Of a DNA stretch of 64,000 bases, positions 1 through 8,705 are shown one piece after another. The number at the start of each line of letters is the position of its first letter. The first letter of the stretch is position 1. The position numbers and the translations under genes were made by a program. The stretch is from Planctomycetota bacterium (lineage in GTDB: Bacteria; Planctomycetota; B15-G4), in NCBI GenBank assembly GCA_965248575.1, contig CBDFJQ010000002.1:2816001-2880000 (forward strand). The letters are read 5' to 3'. Under the pieces are notes generated by a model that was given only the letters and a program-made list of their open reading frames with translations, was not told the DNA's origin and did not search any database.

Positions 1-710
1 GCCTGCAACGACGAGATGAGGGCGCTTCCGGAACCGCTCAGCGAGGAAGTCCACAGCTTCGACTCGACGTCGCTGCGGTGGTAGTACCAGTCCTTGGCCG
101 GGAAGATGCCCTGCACGAAACCGTCGCCGGTCCCAGCTTCGATGAGCAGCGGGTCGGGCAGGTTCGCGCCGCCGCCGGACGGGCGGTAGTCGATGGGCAC
201 GAAGGTCAGCTCCGGAACCTTCAGCTCCATGAAGTCGAGAGCACCCGTCGCGGTGGTGTTGTTGGCGAGATTCGCCTCGGCGACCTGGTTCGGTCCCTGG
301 GGATTCACCTCGACCGAGAGCACCACGTTCGCGGAGAGCGGAGGGGTGAAGATGAAGTTGAGGGTACCGTCCTCGATGGAGAGGTCGGGGCCCTGAGCCG
401 GGTAGGGTCCGTTGTCGGAGAAGATGGGAGAGTCCGCCGTCTCGACGCCGTCCACGAAGACGCGCATGAGGCCATCGACCGGGATCGGGGAGACCGGAAC
501 CGGGAAGACGCGGATCGACGCGCGCACGTAGGCCGATTTGCCTTCGACCAAGGGCGTGCTGCCGTACTGCACGACCTGAACGACCGAGATGCGGGTGACG
601 GTGAAGTCCTCCTGCGCAGCCAGGGTGCCGGAGGCCGCAAAGAGGCCCGCGGCAGAGAGCGCCAAGCCGGCAAGGCCGCGACGCGTCTTCGAGTGGAGAG
701 AATGGGTCAC
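1..710 (-). CDS. Secreted protein, 5' part only (runs off the window start); N-terminus resembles M66-like metallopeptidase / CARDB-type secreted proteins
   Basis: Absent from the ORF track because there is no stop in the window. GTG at 710 with AGGAG at 717-721; open frame MTHSLHSKTRRGLAGLALSAAGLFAASGTLAAQEDFTVTRISVVQVVQYGSTPLVEGKSAYVRAS...EVNPQGPNQVAEANLANN; clear signal peptide. Confidence 0.75.
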   Translation of the reverse strand, partial: MTHSLHSKTRRGLAGLALSAAGLFAASGTLAAQEDFTVTRISVVQVVQYGSTPLVEGKSAYVRASIRVFPVPVSPIPVDGLMRVFVDGVETADSPIFSDNGPYPAQGPDLSIEDGTLNFIFTPPLSANVVLSVEVNPQGPNQVAEANLANNTTATGALDFMELKVPELTFVPIDYRPSGGGANLPDPLLIEAGTGDGFVQGIFPAKDWYYHRSDVESKLWTSSLSGSGSALISSLQ

Positions 711-923
711 AACGAACTCCTGAGGGATGAATCGAAGTCGGATCGGGCCCGCCAGCCAGCGTGGACCGCCTCCATGGCGACAACCGCGGAGCCAGCCCGG
801 CAAACCCGACCCAGGACCGTACCCCGGATCCCCCAATCCATCGACCCCCCTTAATGCCGCCCTGTTCCCAGCCCCCATCCCCGCCCCCCCGGCATCCAAC
901 CTCCACCGACCCCCAAGCCCCCG

Positions 924-1111
924 AGCCCGCTGAATGCCGGGCCAAGGCGAGGTGCTTTCGTGCCGAGGAGCCGTGGGCGGCGTCGGATCAAGGCGGAGGC
1001 CCGGAAGCGAAAGCATCGCTGAGGAGCCGGCAACGGGGGACCCGATAACGCCAGGCCGGCGTCGCCCACGGCCCCTCGCTGCGGAATGACCTCGCCTTGG
1101 CCCGGCGGGCT
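924..1111. repeat. Long palindromic (REP/MITE-like) intergenic element
   Basis: GCCGGGCCAAGGCGAGGT (936-953) is the perfect reverse complement of 1089-1106; inner arms 965-986 and 1056-1077 pair at 19/22 positions plus 2 G-U; outer AGCCCGC/GCGGGCT. Confidence 0.8.
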
Positions 1112-2405
1112 AGTACTTGAGGTAGCCCTCTTCCTCGATCTGCTCGAGGTTCGGGTAGATCAAGTAGCAGTTGCGGCAGCCGCCGTGGGGCGTCTCGGTG
1201 AACACGTGCTTGCGGTACGTCTGGTAGGTCTCACCGTTCCAGATGTCCCGGAAGGACTGCTCCATCATGTTGCCGAAGAAGGGCATGCCCGCAACGCAAC
1301 AGGGCACCACCTCGCCCGCGGTACCGATGTAGACGCGATTCCAGAGGAACCAGCATTTCACGGTGGGCATGCCGGGCGACTTGCGCTTGGGCTTCTTCGC
1401 AGGAGTACCGTCGCGCGAGGCATCTGCACCGCGCTCCAGGATGCCCTCCTCGAGGGCAGCCGGACCTGCGCCTCCCGGGGCAGGAGCCAGCTCAGTCTCC
1501 GCCACGCTCGCGGAGAAGTTCACGCCGCCTGAGCGCACGCCCGCGGCCTCCCGTTCCTCGTCGGGGTCGAGATGGAAGTTGTCGGGCAGGGCGATGCTCA
1601 CACCCAACTCTGCGGCGGCCTGCCGCGTCGCATCCATGTGCTCATTGGCGAAGGCCTTGTGTTCGGTGAGCGACTCATCCTTGAGGGAAGGATGGAAGGC
1701 CACGAGATGGTTGAAGACGATGTGATCTCCACCCAGGCTCTTCACGAGCTTCACGAAGCGCGGCCCCTCGGTCACGGTGCGCTTCATCATGATGTAGTTG
1801 AAGTTCATCCCCGGCCGCTGCTCGACAGGCATCTCCATGCGCGCCTGGGCGAAGCGCGTGATGTTGTCCAGGACCTCATCGAACTCAGCGCCGGTGCGCA
1901 CGGAGTTGTAGGTCTCTCGCGTGGCTCCATCCATGGAGAAGGTCACCAGCTCCAGAGTCTTGAGCAGCTTCTCCCGGAAGCGGCTCTCCTTCATCATGAG
2001 CGTGGCGTTGGAGACCATTTCGAGCTTGGTGTTCGTGCGCTCGAGATCGTCGAGTTTCTGCTCCATGCCCGGCGTCATGAGCGGCTCGCCGAAGGCCGAG
2101 AACTGCACCGTCTTGGCGAAGGGATAGAGCTCGCGCACAACCCGGTCGTACACCGCGTCCTGCATGATCCACTTGGGGCTGTCAGGGTCGAGGAACTGGT
2201 TGCACATGAAGCACTTCAGGTTGCAGACCGTCGTTCCCGTGAGATTGATCCAGCTCGGCATGCCGCGCCCCACCGTCGCCAGGGCGTCGGCGTCCTGCTG
2301 GTTCAGGAGCGCATTGGCATCCTTGAACTCTGGGCTGCCGAAGGGCAGATCGCGCAGTTCATCCGGCAACCAAGCAAGGATGTCGGGGTCGGGCTGCGCG
2401 CTCAT
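1110..2405 (-). CDS. Radical SAM protein with C-terminal SPASM/twitch domain
   Basis: CxxxCxxC (CNLKCFMC), GEPL, SMDGAT; C-terminal CWFLW...GEVVPCC...GN...W...CRNC. Confidence 0.92.
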   Translation of the reverse strand: MSAQPDPDILAWLPDELRDLPFGSPEFKDANALLNQQDADALATVGRGMPSWINLTGTTVCNLKCFMCNQFLDPDSPKWIMQDAVYDRVVRELYPFAKTVQFSAFGEPLMTPGMEQKLDDLERTNTKLEMVSNATLMMKESRFREKLLKTLELVTFSMDGATRETYNSVRTGAEFDEVLDNITRFAQARMEMPVEQRPGMNFNYIMMKRTVTEGPRFVKLVKSLGGDHIVFNHLVAFHPSLKDESLTEHKAFANEHMDATRQAAAELGVSIALPDNFHLDPDEEREAAGVRSGGVNFSASVAETELAPAPGGAGPAALEEGILERGADASRDGTPAKKPKRKSPGMPTVKCWFLWNRVYIGTAGEVVPCCVAGMPFFGNMMEQSFRDIWNGETYQTYRKHVFTETPHGGCRNCYLIYPNLEQIEEEGYLKY

Positions 2406-2705
2406 GCGAGGGTTCCGTGCACTGGCTGGGAGGCAATCCGGGGGATGTCGGGCGGCTCAAGCCGCTTCGGCCCCGGGTCGGGTGGTGGGGAGTCTAGCAC
2501 CCACGCCAGGAGAGCCCAGTCCTGACAGAAGTCCAACGCACGGGCCGTCCGTCCTGGCGGAGAAACACGTCTCCTAGTCTGCAACACAAGAGCACGCCGG
2601 CCTTCCCCCCGAAGAGAGCCGCACGAGCTCGTAGACGAGGCGCGTGCCCCGGAAGCCCACCAGGGCTCAGGAAGAGACCCCGAAAGAGTTGGAGAAGGAG
2701 AGACC

Positions 2706-3815
2706 ATGATTACGACCCTCACCACAAGCGCCCTCGCTCTCATGAGTCTGGTGTCACCATTGGTGTCACCCGGAGACCCCATCGCCTTCGGGCCACCGCA
2801 AACCCAAGCGGGCCCCGCTGGAAACATCGTTGGCGAGACCGTCCTCGTGGACATCGACCACGACGGCGACACCGACCTGCTCCTGCCCTACATCCTCTCG
2901 TCGGACTACGGCGTGTCCCTCAATCAGGGCGGCGCCCTGACTCCCATCTCACTCCGGCCGGCCTTCTTCCTGAACGGCGTCTTCTACCCCACCGACGCCA
3001 ACCTGGACGGCAAGGGCGACCTGGTCGCCAGCTTGGGCTCCAGCCTGCAGACCGCCCTCGGGGCGGGCCACGGGCGGTACGAAGCACCCCTCGCGAGCCC
3101 CGCCGCCCTTCAAACCATGGGCATCGAGGTCGCGGACTTCGATGGGGACGGCATCCCCGACTTCATGGGCAGCCGCGCCATGATCCTCAGCTTCACGGCC
3201 CAGGTGATCTTCCACCGGGGCCTTGGCGACGGCACCTTCGAGCCCGGTGTCTTCCTGGGGCAGACCGGCGTCGGTATCGGGAACAGCGTCACGGGCGATC
3301 TTGACGGGGACGGTCGGCTGGACGTGCTGTCCGGCCTCGGCGTCTTGAGTCTCTCGTCGAAAGTGCGCTCGCTCATCAACCAGGGGGGCGGGTCCTTTGA
3401 CGAAGTGGAGTTCGACTTCGGCGCTGGCACCCTCGCGCTGGGCCTGGAGGACTTCGACGGTGATGGCTTCGGTGACCTGGTGGCCAGCACGGGCGCAGGC
3501 CTGGTCGTCTATCAGGGACACGGCGACGGGACCTTCGAGACCACGGCTTCCGCCACGCTGCCCGCTGGGCGCGTGAGTGTGGCCGACTTCGACGCCGACG
3601 GTGCCCTGGATATCGCCGTGCTGGCGGCGGACGGCGTGGTCAGCTTCTACAGGCAAGCCGCTCCCTTGGCCTTCCGTGCCGCAGGCAGCCTCGCGGGCAT
3701 GGGCAATGCCTCGCAGCTGAGCGCCGTAGACCTTGACGAGGACGGCTATCCGGACTTGGTGGCCAACTCCAACCTGCCGGACTTCACCTGGGCCAGGAAC
3801 CGCAGCCAGCCCTGA
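2706..3815 (+). CDS. Secreted FG-GAP/VCBS repeat beta-propeller protein
   Basis: Signal peptide; repeated DxDGDGxxD motifs (DIDHDGDTD, DFDGDGIPD, DLDGDGRLD, DFDGDGFGD, DLDEDGYPD); GGAG SD. Confidence 0.88.
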   Translation: MITTLTTSALALMSLVSPLVSPGDPIAFGPPQTQAGPAGNIVGETVLVDIDHDGDTDLLLPYILSSDYGVSLNQGGALTPISLRPAFFLNGVFYPTDANLDGKGDLVASLGSSLQTALGAGHGRYEAPLASPAALQTMGIEVADFDGDGIPDFMGSRAMILSFTAQVIFHRGLGDGTFEPGVFLGQTGVGIGNSVTGDLDGDGRLDVLSGLGVLSLSSKVRSLINQGGGSFDEVEFDFGAGTLALGLEDFDGDGFGDLVASTGAGLVVYQGHGDGTFETTASATLPAGRVSVADFDADGALDIAVLAADGVVSFYRQAAPLAFRAAGSLAGMGNASQLSAVDLDEDGYPDLVANSNLPDFTWARNRSQP

Positions 3816-3949
3816 CGACCGGCGGCGCCGAAATCCTCACCCTCGAATGACGCCCTCCCATTGGTGAGGATCGCTCCTTCGCGCACGCCCAACGCTTCGA
3901 GCCGACGTCGGTTCACGGGGGCGGGCACGTCGCCCGCCGGAGTGCCCTC

Positions 3950-4768
3950 TTGCCCAAGCGCCGCTACCAGGCCATCAAGGCCTACGACAACGCGCAGTTC
4001 CTCAACAGCCCCGACGGGCGCATGCTGCGCATCATGTCCGAGTACATCGAGCCGCTCGCGCGCTTCAAGGACCTGGACGTCAAAGACACCATCGTGGTGT
4101 TCGGCTCCGCTCGCATCCGTTCCGAGGAAGACGCGAAGGCCGCCTTGCAGGAAGCCAAGGACGAGGGCGGCGACGTCGTGCAAGCCGAACGCGTGCTCAA
4201 GATGTCCAAGTACTACGAGGCAGCGCGCAAGCTGTCGTTCCGGCTGACGGAATGGAGCAAGTCGCTACCCGAAGAGAATGGCCGGCGCTTCGTGATCTGC
4301 TCAGGCGGCGGCCCGGGCATCATGGAGGCTTCCAACCGCGGCGCGTCCGAAGCCAAGGGCCTCAACGTGGGCCTCAACATCTCGCTGCCGTTCGAGCAGA
4401 ACGACAACCCGTACATCACGCGCGAGCTGTCCTTCGAATTCCATTACTTCTTCATGCGCAAGTTCTGGTTCACCTACCTGGCCAAGGCGATGATCGTCAT
4501 GCCGGGTGGCTTCGGGACCCTGGACGAGTTCATGGAGACGGTGACGCTCGTGCAGACGCTGAAGATCAAGAAGCCTCTACCCATCGTGCTGTTCGGCAAG
4601 GAGTTCTGGAGCAAGGTTCTGCACTTCGAGCCCTTGATCGAAGCGGGCACCATCAGCCCGACGGACCCCGACCTCTTCTTCCAGACGGACTCGGTGGACG
4701 AGGCCTACGAGTTCATCGTGCAGAAGCTCACGGAGCAGGGGCTGGAGGTCACCGAGCCGGCGCTCTAG
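3950..4768 (+). CDS. LOG family nucleotide phosphoribohydrolase (TIGR00730-type)
   Basis: VFGSAR, SGGGPGIMEA, FHYFFMRKFWF and PGGFGTLDE motifs; TTG start with GGAG upstream. Confidence 0.92.
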   Translation: MPKRRYQAIKAYDNAQFLNSPDGRMLRIMSEYIEPLARFKDLDVKDTIVVFGSARIRSEEDAKAALQEAKDEGGDVVQAERVLKMSKYYEAARKLSFRLTEWSKSLPEENGRRFVICSGGGPGIMEASNRGASEAKGLNVGLNISLPFEQNDNPYITRELSFEFHYFFMRKFWFTYLAKAMIVMPGGFGTLDEFMETVTLVQTLKIKKPLPIVLFGKEFWSKVLHFEPLIEAGTISPTDPDLFFQTDSVDEAYEFIVQKLTEQGLEVTEPAL

Positions 4769-7700
4769 CGCCTGCATCGACGAAGGCCCTCGCCCGGCGG
4801 CCGTCGGGGCCCAGCTCGCCTTGCCAGCCTTCCGCCTCTTCGGACAGGCCTCGCAAGCCGCACAATTCTGCCAGGGCCGAGGCGGACTTCTGGGCAGCCC
4901 ACGAATCGGGGCCCCACCGGTTGCGTGCCTCTTCATGAGCGAGCTCCAAGGCGTCCGTCGCCTGCTCGAGGCGCCCGTCGCAGGCAGCCACCCGCGCCAG
5001 CTCGAAGCCGAGGTCCCAGGGCAGATGCCCCGTGGCAAAGTCGCTGGCTCGCGCCCGTTCCAAGGCTGAGCTGAGCAACGCCTCCGCCGCCGGAAAGTCG
5101 CCCGAAAGGCGCAGCAAGGTGGCCTCCTGATGCGCCAGGGACAAAGCCTCCGCCTGCGACGGGTCGAGCTGCCCGTAGGCAGCAGACAGCTCGTCGAACA
5201 CGGCACGAGCCTCGGCCAGACGCCCCACCTCCAGCAGCGCGGAGATCTGGCCGGTGCGAGCCTCCACCACCAACTCGTGAGAGGCGCCCATTCTGGGGAC
5301 TAGGCTCTCCAACGCACCCTCGATGAGCGGCAACGCCTGCTCGCCGCGTCCCTGGTTCGTCCACGCTCGGGCCAGCCAGAGGAGGCAGCGCAAGATCGTC
5401 GGGTGGTCGCTTGCAAGCGTCGTGCGCAGGCCCTGGATCGTCTCCAACAGCAAGGGCTCGGCCTCCGCATAGCGACCAGAGTTCAGCATGCAATAGGCGC
5501 GGTTCATTTGCGCCGCGTGCCGATCCGGGTGGTTCTCCCCCAGCACTTCGCGATAGATGGCTTCCGCCTCGTGCAGCAGCCGATCGGCGCTCTGCATTCG
5601 GCGCTCGTTCATGTCGACGTTGCTGAGGTCCATGAGCGTGTGGGCCAGCTCGATGTGCTTGTCACCCAGGTGCTCGCGCATGAGCGCCACGGTCTGCTCG
5701 TACTCCCGTCGCGCTCCCACGAGGTCACCATTGCGTAGCATCGTGTACCCGCGCCCGCGGCGGGCACTCAGCAACCACGAAGGCGGCGGCGAGAGCTGGG
5801 CACTGGCCTCGATGACCTCGTCAATGACGTCTCCTGCCTCGTCGATGCGCCCCATGTCGACGAGCAGCGCGGCATGCCGGCGGCGCGTCAGCAAGGTGCG
5901 ATGGTGGCTCGGCCCCACGACCCGCAGCATCCCACTGACCGCTGTCTCATAGGCAAGCAGGGACTCGTCGTAGCGCCCCATACTCTTGTAGATGAGCGCC
6001 TTCTCCACGAGTCCTTGGAGGGTCTCGGGGTGCTCCGGCCCAAAGGTCTGCTCGAAATCCTGCTGGAGCTCAAGGGTCAGGCTGAGCGCCTGCTCATGCG
6101 CACCAGCCAGCAGGTCCAGTCCGGCCAGGCTCCTCCGTACGTACAGGGAATCCAGGGGGTCTTCGTCCTCGCTCTCGGCACGCAGCTGCAAGGCTTCCTC
6201 GAACAGGCTCCGTGCCTCCTGATATCGGTTCGCCGTCATCAGGACCCGGCCCAGAGTGGACGTCGCTTTCACCGCCACTGCGTGCTCCGGCCCCAGGTCG
6301 TTGCCCGCCCGCTCGATGATCCCCTTCAGTCTTCGTTCAGCCTCGTCGAGAGCTCCACGGCTGTGCAGGGTCATGCAGAGCTTCAGCTCGGCATCAAGAC
6401 TGCGGACATCCTCGGCCCCGAAGAGCCGCAAACCCGCATCCAGCAGCTCCGATTGAACGGCCAGGGCCCGCTGGGAATCACCCGCCGCCCGAGACGCTTC
6501 GCCCAAGTTCAACTGCACGGATCGGCTCTCCGACGCGTCCGGGCCGAGCAGTGCACGCCAGCCCACCAAGGCCGTCTCGAGATGCCGCTTGGCATCGGGG
6601 AAGCGCCCCAACGCGAGGTAAGCGAGCCCGAGCGTCTCCTGGATGCGCGCTTGCACGCGCTCGCTCGACTGCAGGCTCTCTGCCCGTTCCGCTGCAGCGT
6701 CGATCACCGCGCTCATGCGTACATCCCAGCCCTCGTTGCCCGAGTGCACCGAAAGCATCATGCGGGTGACGTACTCCGTCAGGGCCTCGGCGTCTTCGAG
6801 GGCCGCCTGCAGGCTTCGCCGAGCCTCCTGCGCCTCGGCCAAGGCGGCGCGTTCGCGCTTCAAGAGCTTCAGGTTCGTCGTATTCCTCTCGCGTGCTTCA
6901 CTCAACCCCCAGGCCATGGCAGCCAGGCCTGCCAGCAGCAGGAACATGCCGATCGAGGCGCCGAGCACGAGCGCCCGGTTCTTGCGAGCGAAACGCCGCA
7001 GCTGGTCAGCGGTGCTCGCGGGGCGGGCCACGATGGGCTCGTCGGCGAGCAGCCGTCGGATGTCCGCCACGAACTCCGCAGCCGACTGGTAGCGCCGCTC
7101 CGGGAGCTTGTGCATCGCCATGGCGAGGATCGTCTCGCCATCGCCCACGAGCTCCTGGTTCCAGGCGCCAGCCAAGGGCCCATCCTGCTCGCCAATGGCG
7201 CGCAAGGCATCGGGTAGGGAGAGCTGCTGCAGATCATAGGGCGCACGCCCGGTGAGCAGCTCGTAGCCCAACACACCCAGGGCGTAGACATCGCTGCGCG
7301 TATCGATGCGAGCCGCATCTCCCGCCGCTTGCTCGGGGCTCATGTATTGCAGGGTTCCCACCAGGATGCCCTGTGCCGTGGCATGGGCACTGAGGGACAC
7401 ATCGGGTTCCAGCAGGCGCGCCACACCGAAGTCCAGGATGCGCGGCTGCAGCGCGTCGTCCACCAGCACGTTGTCGGGCTTCAGGTCGCGGTGAACGACG
7501 CCCCGGCTGTGGGCGTGCGCCACGCCTTCACCGATCCGCGCCAGCAACTGCAGACGATCGCGCGTGTTGGGCGACAGCGCGCGCACCGCTGCCGTCAGGG
7601 GCCTGCCCGCTACGAACTCCATGGCGAGATAGGGCCGTGGCCCGCCGCCGAAATCCGTGTTCCCCGCCTCGTGGATCGAGGCGATGTAGGGGTGGTCCAA

Positions 7701-8120
7701 GCGGCCCAGGGCATCCGCCTCCATCTGGAAGCGACGCAAGGCCGCCTCCGACGCCATGCCCGAGCGCAGGACCTTCAACGCCACACGCCGCCGGGGGTTC
7801 TCCTGCACGGCTTCGTAGACGGTCCCCATGCTTCCGCGACCTACGGCTCGCAGGACCTGATAGGGCCCCATGCGTTCTGGAACGGGCTCTTCGGACGCGG
7901 CAGCCCTGGCTGCCCTCAACCGCTCCACGTTGAGCAGCGGCGTGTCCAGCGGGCCGTCCTGCTGGGTGGCGAACGTCAACAGTTCGCTCACCTCGGCGAA
8001 GAGCGCGTCCGACTCCGCGCAGGGCTCGCCCAGCTGTTGACGAAGCCAGACCAGGCGCTCGCCAGTGGGCAGGGCGCGCGCCGCCTCGAACAACTCCCGC
8101 AGGCGTGTCGAGTCGCTCAC
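4749..8120 (-). CDS. Membrane Ser/Thr protein kinase with C-terminal TPR array
   Basis: GRGSMGTVY, VALK, HRDLKPDN, DFG, GTLQYMSPE, DVYALG; TM segment ALVLGASIGMFLLLAGLAAMAWGL; repeated GxxHPxTL-type TPRs. Confidence 0.93.
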   Translation of the reverse strand: MSDSTRLRELFEAARALPTGERLVWLRQQLGEPCAESDALFAEVSELLTFATQQDGPLDTPLLNVERLRAARAAASEEPVPERMGPYQVLRAVGRGSMGTVYEAVQENPRRRVALKVLRSGMASEAALRRFQMEADALGRLDHPYIASIHEAGNTDFGGGPRPYLAMEFVAGRPLTAAVRALSPNTRDRLQLLARIGEGVAHAHSRGVVHRDLKPDNVLVDDALQPRILDFGVARLLEPDVSLSAHATAQGILVGTLQYMSPEQAAGDAARIDTRSDVYALGVLGYELLTGRAPYDLQQLSLPDALRAIGEQDGPLAGAWNQELVGDGETILAMAMHKLPERRYQSAAEFVADIRRLLADEPIVARPASTADQLRRFARKNRALVLGASIGMFLLLAGLAAMAWGLSEARERNTTNLKLLKRERAALAEAQEARRSLQAALEDAEALTEYVTRMMLSVHSGNEGWDVRMSAVIDAAAERAESLQSSERVQARIQETLGLAYLALGRFPDAKRHLETALVGWRALLGPDASESRSVQLNLGEASRAAGDSQRALAVQSELLDAGLRLFGAEDVRSLDAELKLCMTLHSRGALDEAERRLKGIIERAGNDLGPEHAVAVKATSTLGRVLMTANRYQEARSLFEEALQLRAESEDEDPLDSLYVRRSLAGLDLLAGAHEQALSLTLELQQDFEQTFGPEHPETLQGLVEKALIYKSMGRYDESLLAYETAVSGMLRVVGPSHHRTLLTRRRHAALLVDMGRIDEAGDVIDEVIEASAQLSPPPSWLLSARRGRGYTMLRNGDLVGARREYEQTVALMREHLGDKHIELAHTLMDLSNVDMNERRMQSADRLLHEAEAIYREVLGENHPDRHAAQMNRAYCMLNSGRYAEAEPLLLETIQGLRTTLASDHPTILRCLLWLARAWTNQGRGEQALPLIEGALESLVPRMGASHELVVEARTGQISALLEVGRLAEARAVFDELSAAYGQLDPSQAEALSLAHQEATLLRLSGDFPAAEALLSSALERARASDFATGHLPWDLGFELARVAACDGRLEQATDALELAHEEARNRWGPDSWAAQKSASALAELCGLRGLSEEAEGWQGELGPDGRRARAFVDAGARAPAR

Positions 8121-8127
8121 GGGTCTC

Positions 8128-8673
8128 TCACGGGTTGGGCCCGTCCGTCGCCAGGCTGCGCATCAACCAGGCCCGCGCGAACTGCCAGTCGCTGTCGACG
8201 GTGCGCCGCGACACCTCCAGGGCTTGCGCCACTTCCCGGATGGAGAGCCCTCCGAAGAAGCGCAACTCCACCACACGAGCGGCTCGCGGCTGGTCCTGTG
8301 CCAAGCGTTGCAAGGCATCTTCCAACTCCAGGACATCCAACTCTTGAGCCTGCTCGTCTACGAAGGCCTGGCTCAGGGTCACGCGCGTCCAGGCACCACC
8401 CCGCTTGGCAGCGCGTCTGCGTCGGGCATGGTCCACGAGGATCTCACGCACGACCCGGGATGCCACGGCCTGGAAGTGCGCGGCGTCGTTGAAGCTCGAG
8501 GCTTTGCCGCCACTCAGCCGCAGCCAGGCCTCATGCACGAGCGCCGTTGGCTGGAGGGTGTGGCTCGAACGCTCTTGTCGCATGGCGTGCTCAGCCAACT
8601 GGTGGAGGCACTCGTACACCTCCGGCCAAGCATTCGATGCGCCGTCAAACGTGCGGGGCTCCTCTTGGGTCAA
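8128..8673 (-). CDS. ECF sigma factor, kinase-associated (ECF43/TIGR02999-like)
   Basis: HTLQPTALVHEAWLRL, ILVDHARRRRAAKRGG, VVELRFFGGLS, DWQFARAWL; start reassigned to TTG 8673 (GGAG 9 nt upstream) because the longer ORF overlaps the previous gene. Confidence 0.9.
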   Translation of the reverse strand: MTQEEPRTFDGASNAWPEVYECLHQLAEHAMRQERSSHTLQPTALVHEAWLRLSGGKASSFNDAAHFQAVASRVVREILVDHARRRRAAKRGGAWTRVTLSQAFVDEQAQELDVLELEDALQRLAQDQPRAARVVELRFFGGLSIREVAQALEVSRRTVDSDWQFARAWLMRSLATDGPNP

Positions 8674-8705
8674 CAGCAAAGACTCCCGGCGAATGATGAA
8701 TGATG

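Noticed and set aside
78..854. 258-aa plus-strand ORF
   Set aside because: Shadow of the minus-strand secreted gene at 1-710, which has an SD, a signal peptide and better codon usage.
770..925. C-rich low-complexity tract
   Set aside because: No regular repeat unit or coding signal; treated as ordinary intergenic sequence.
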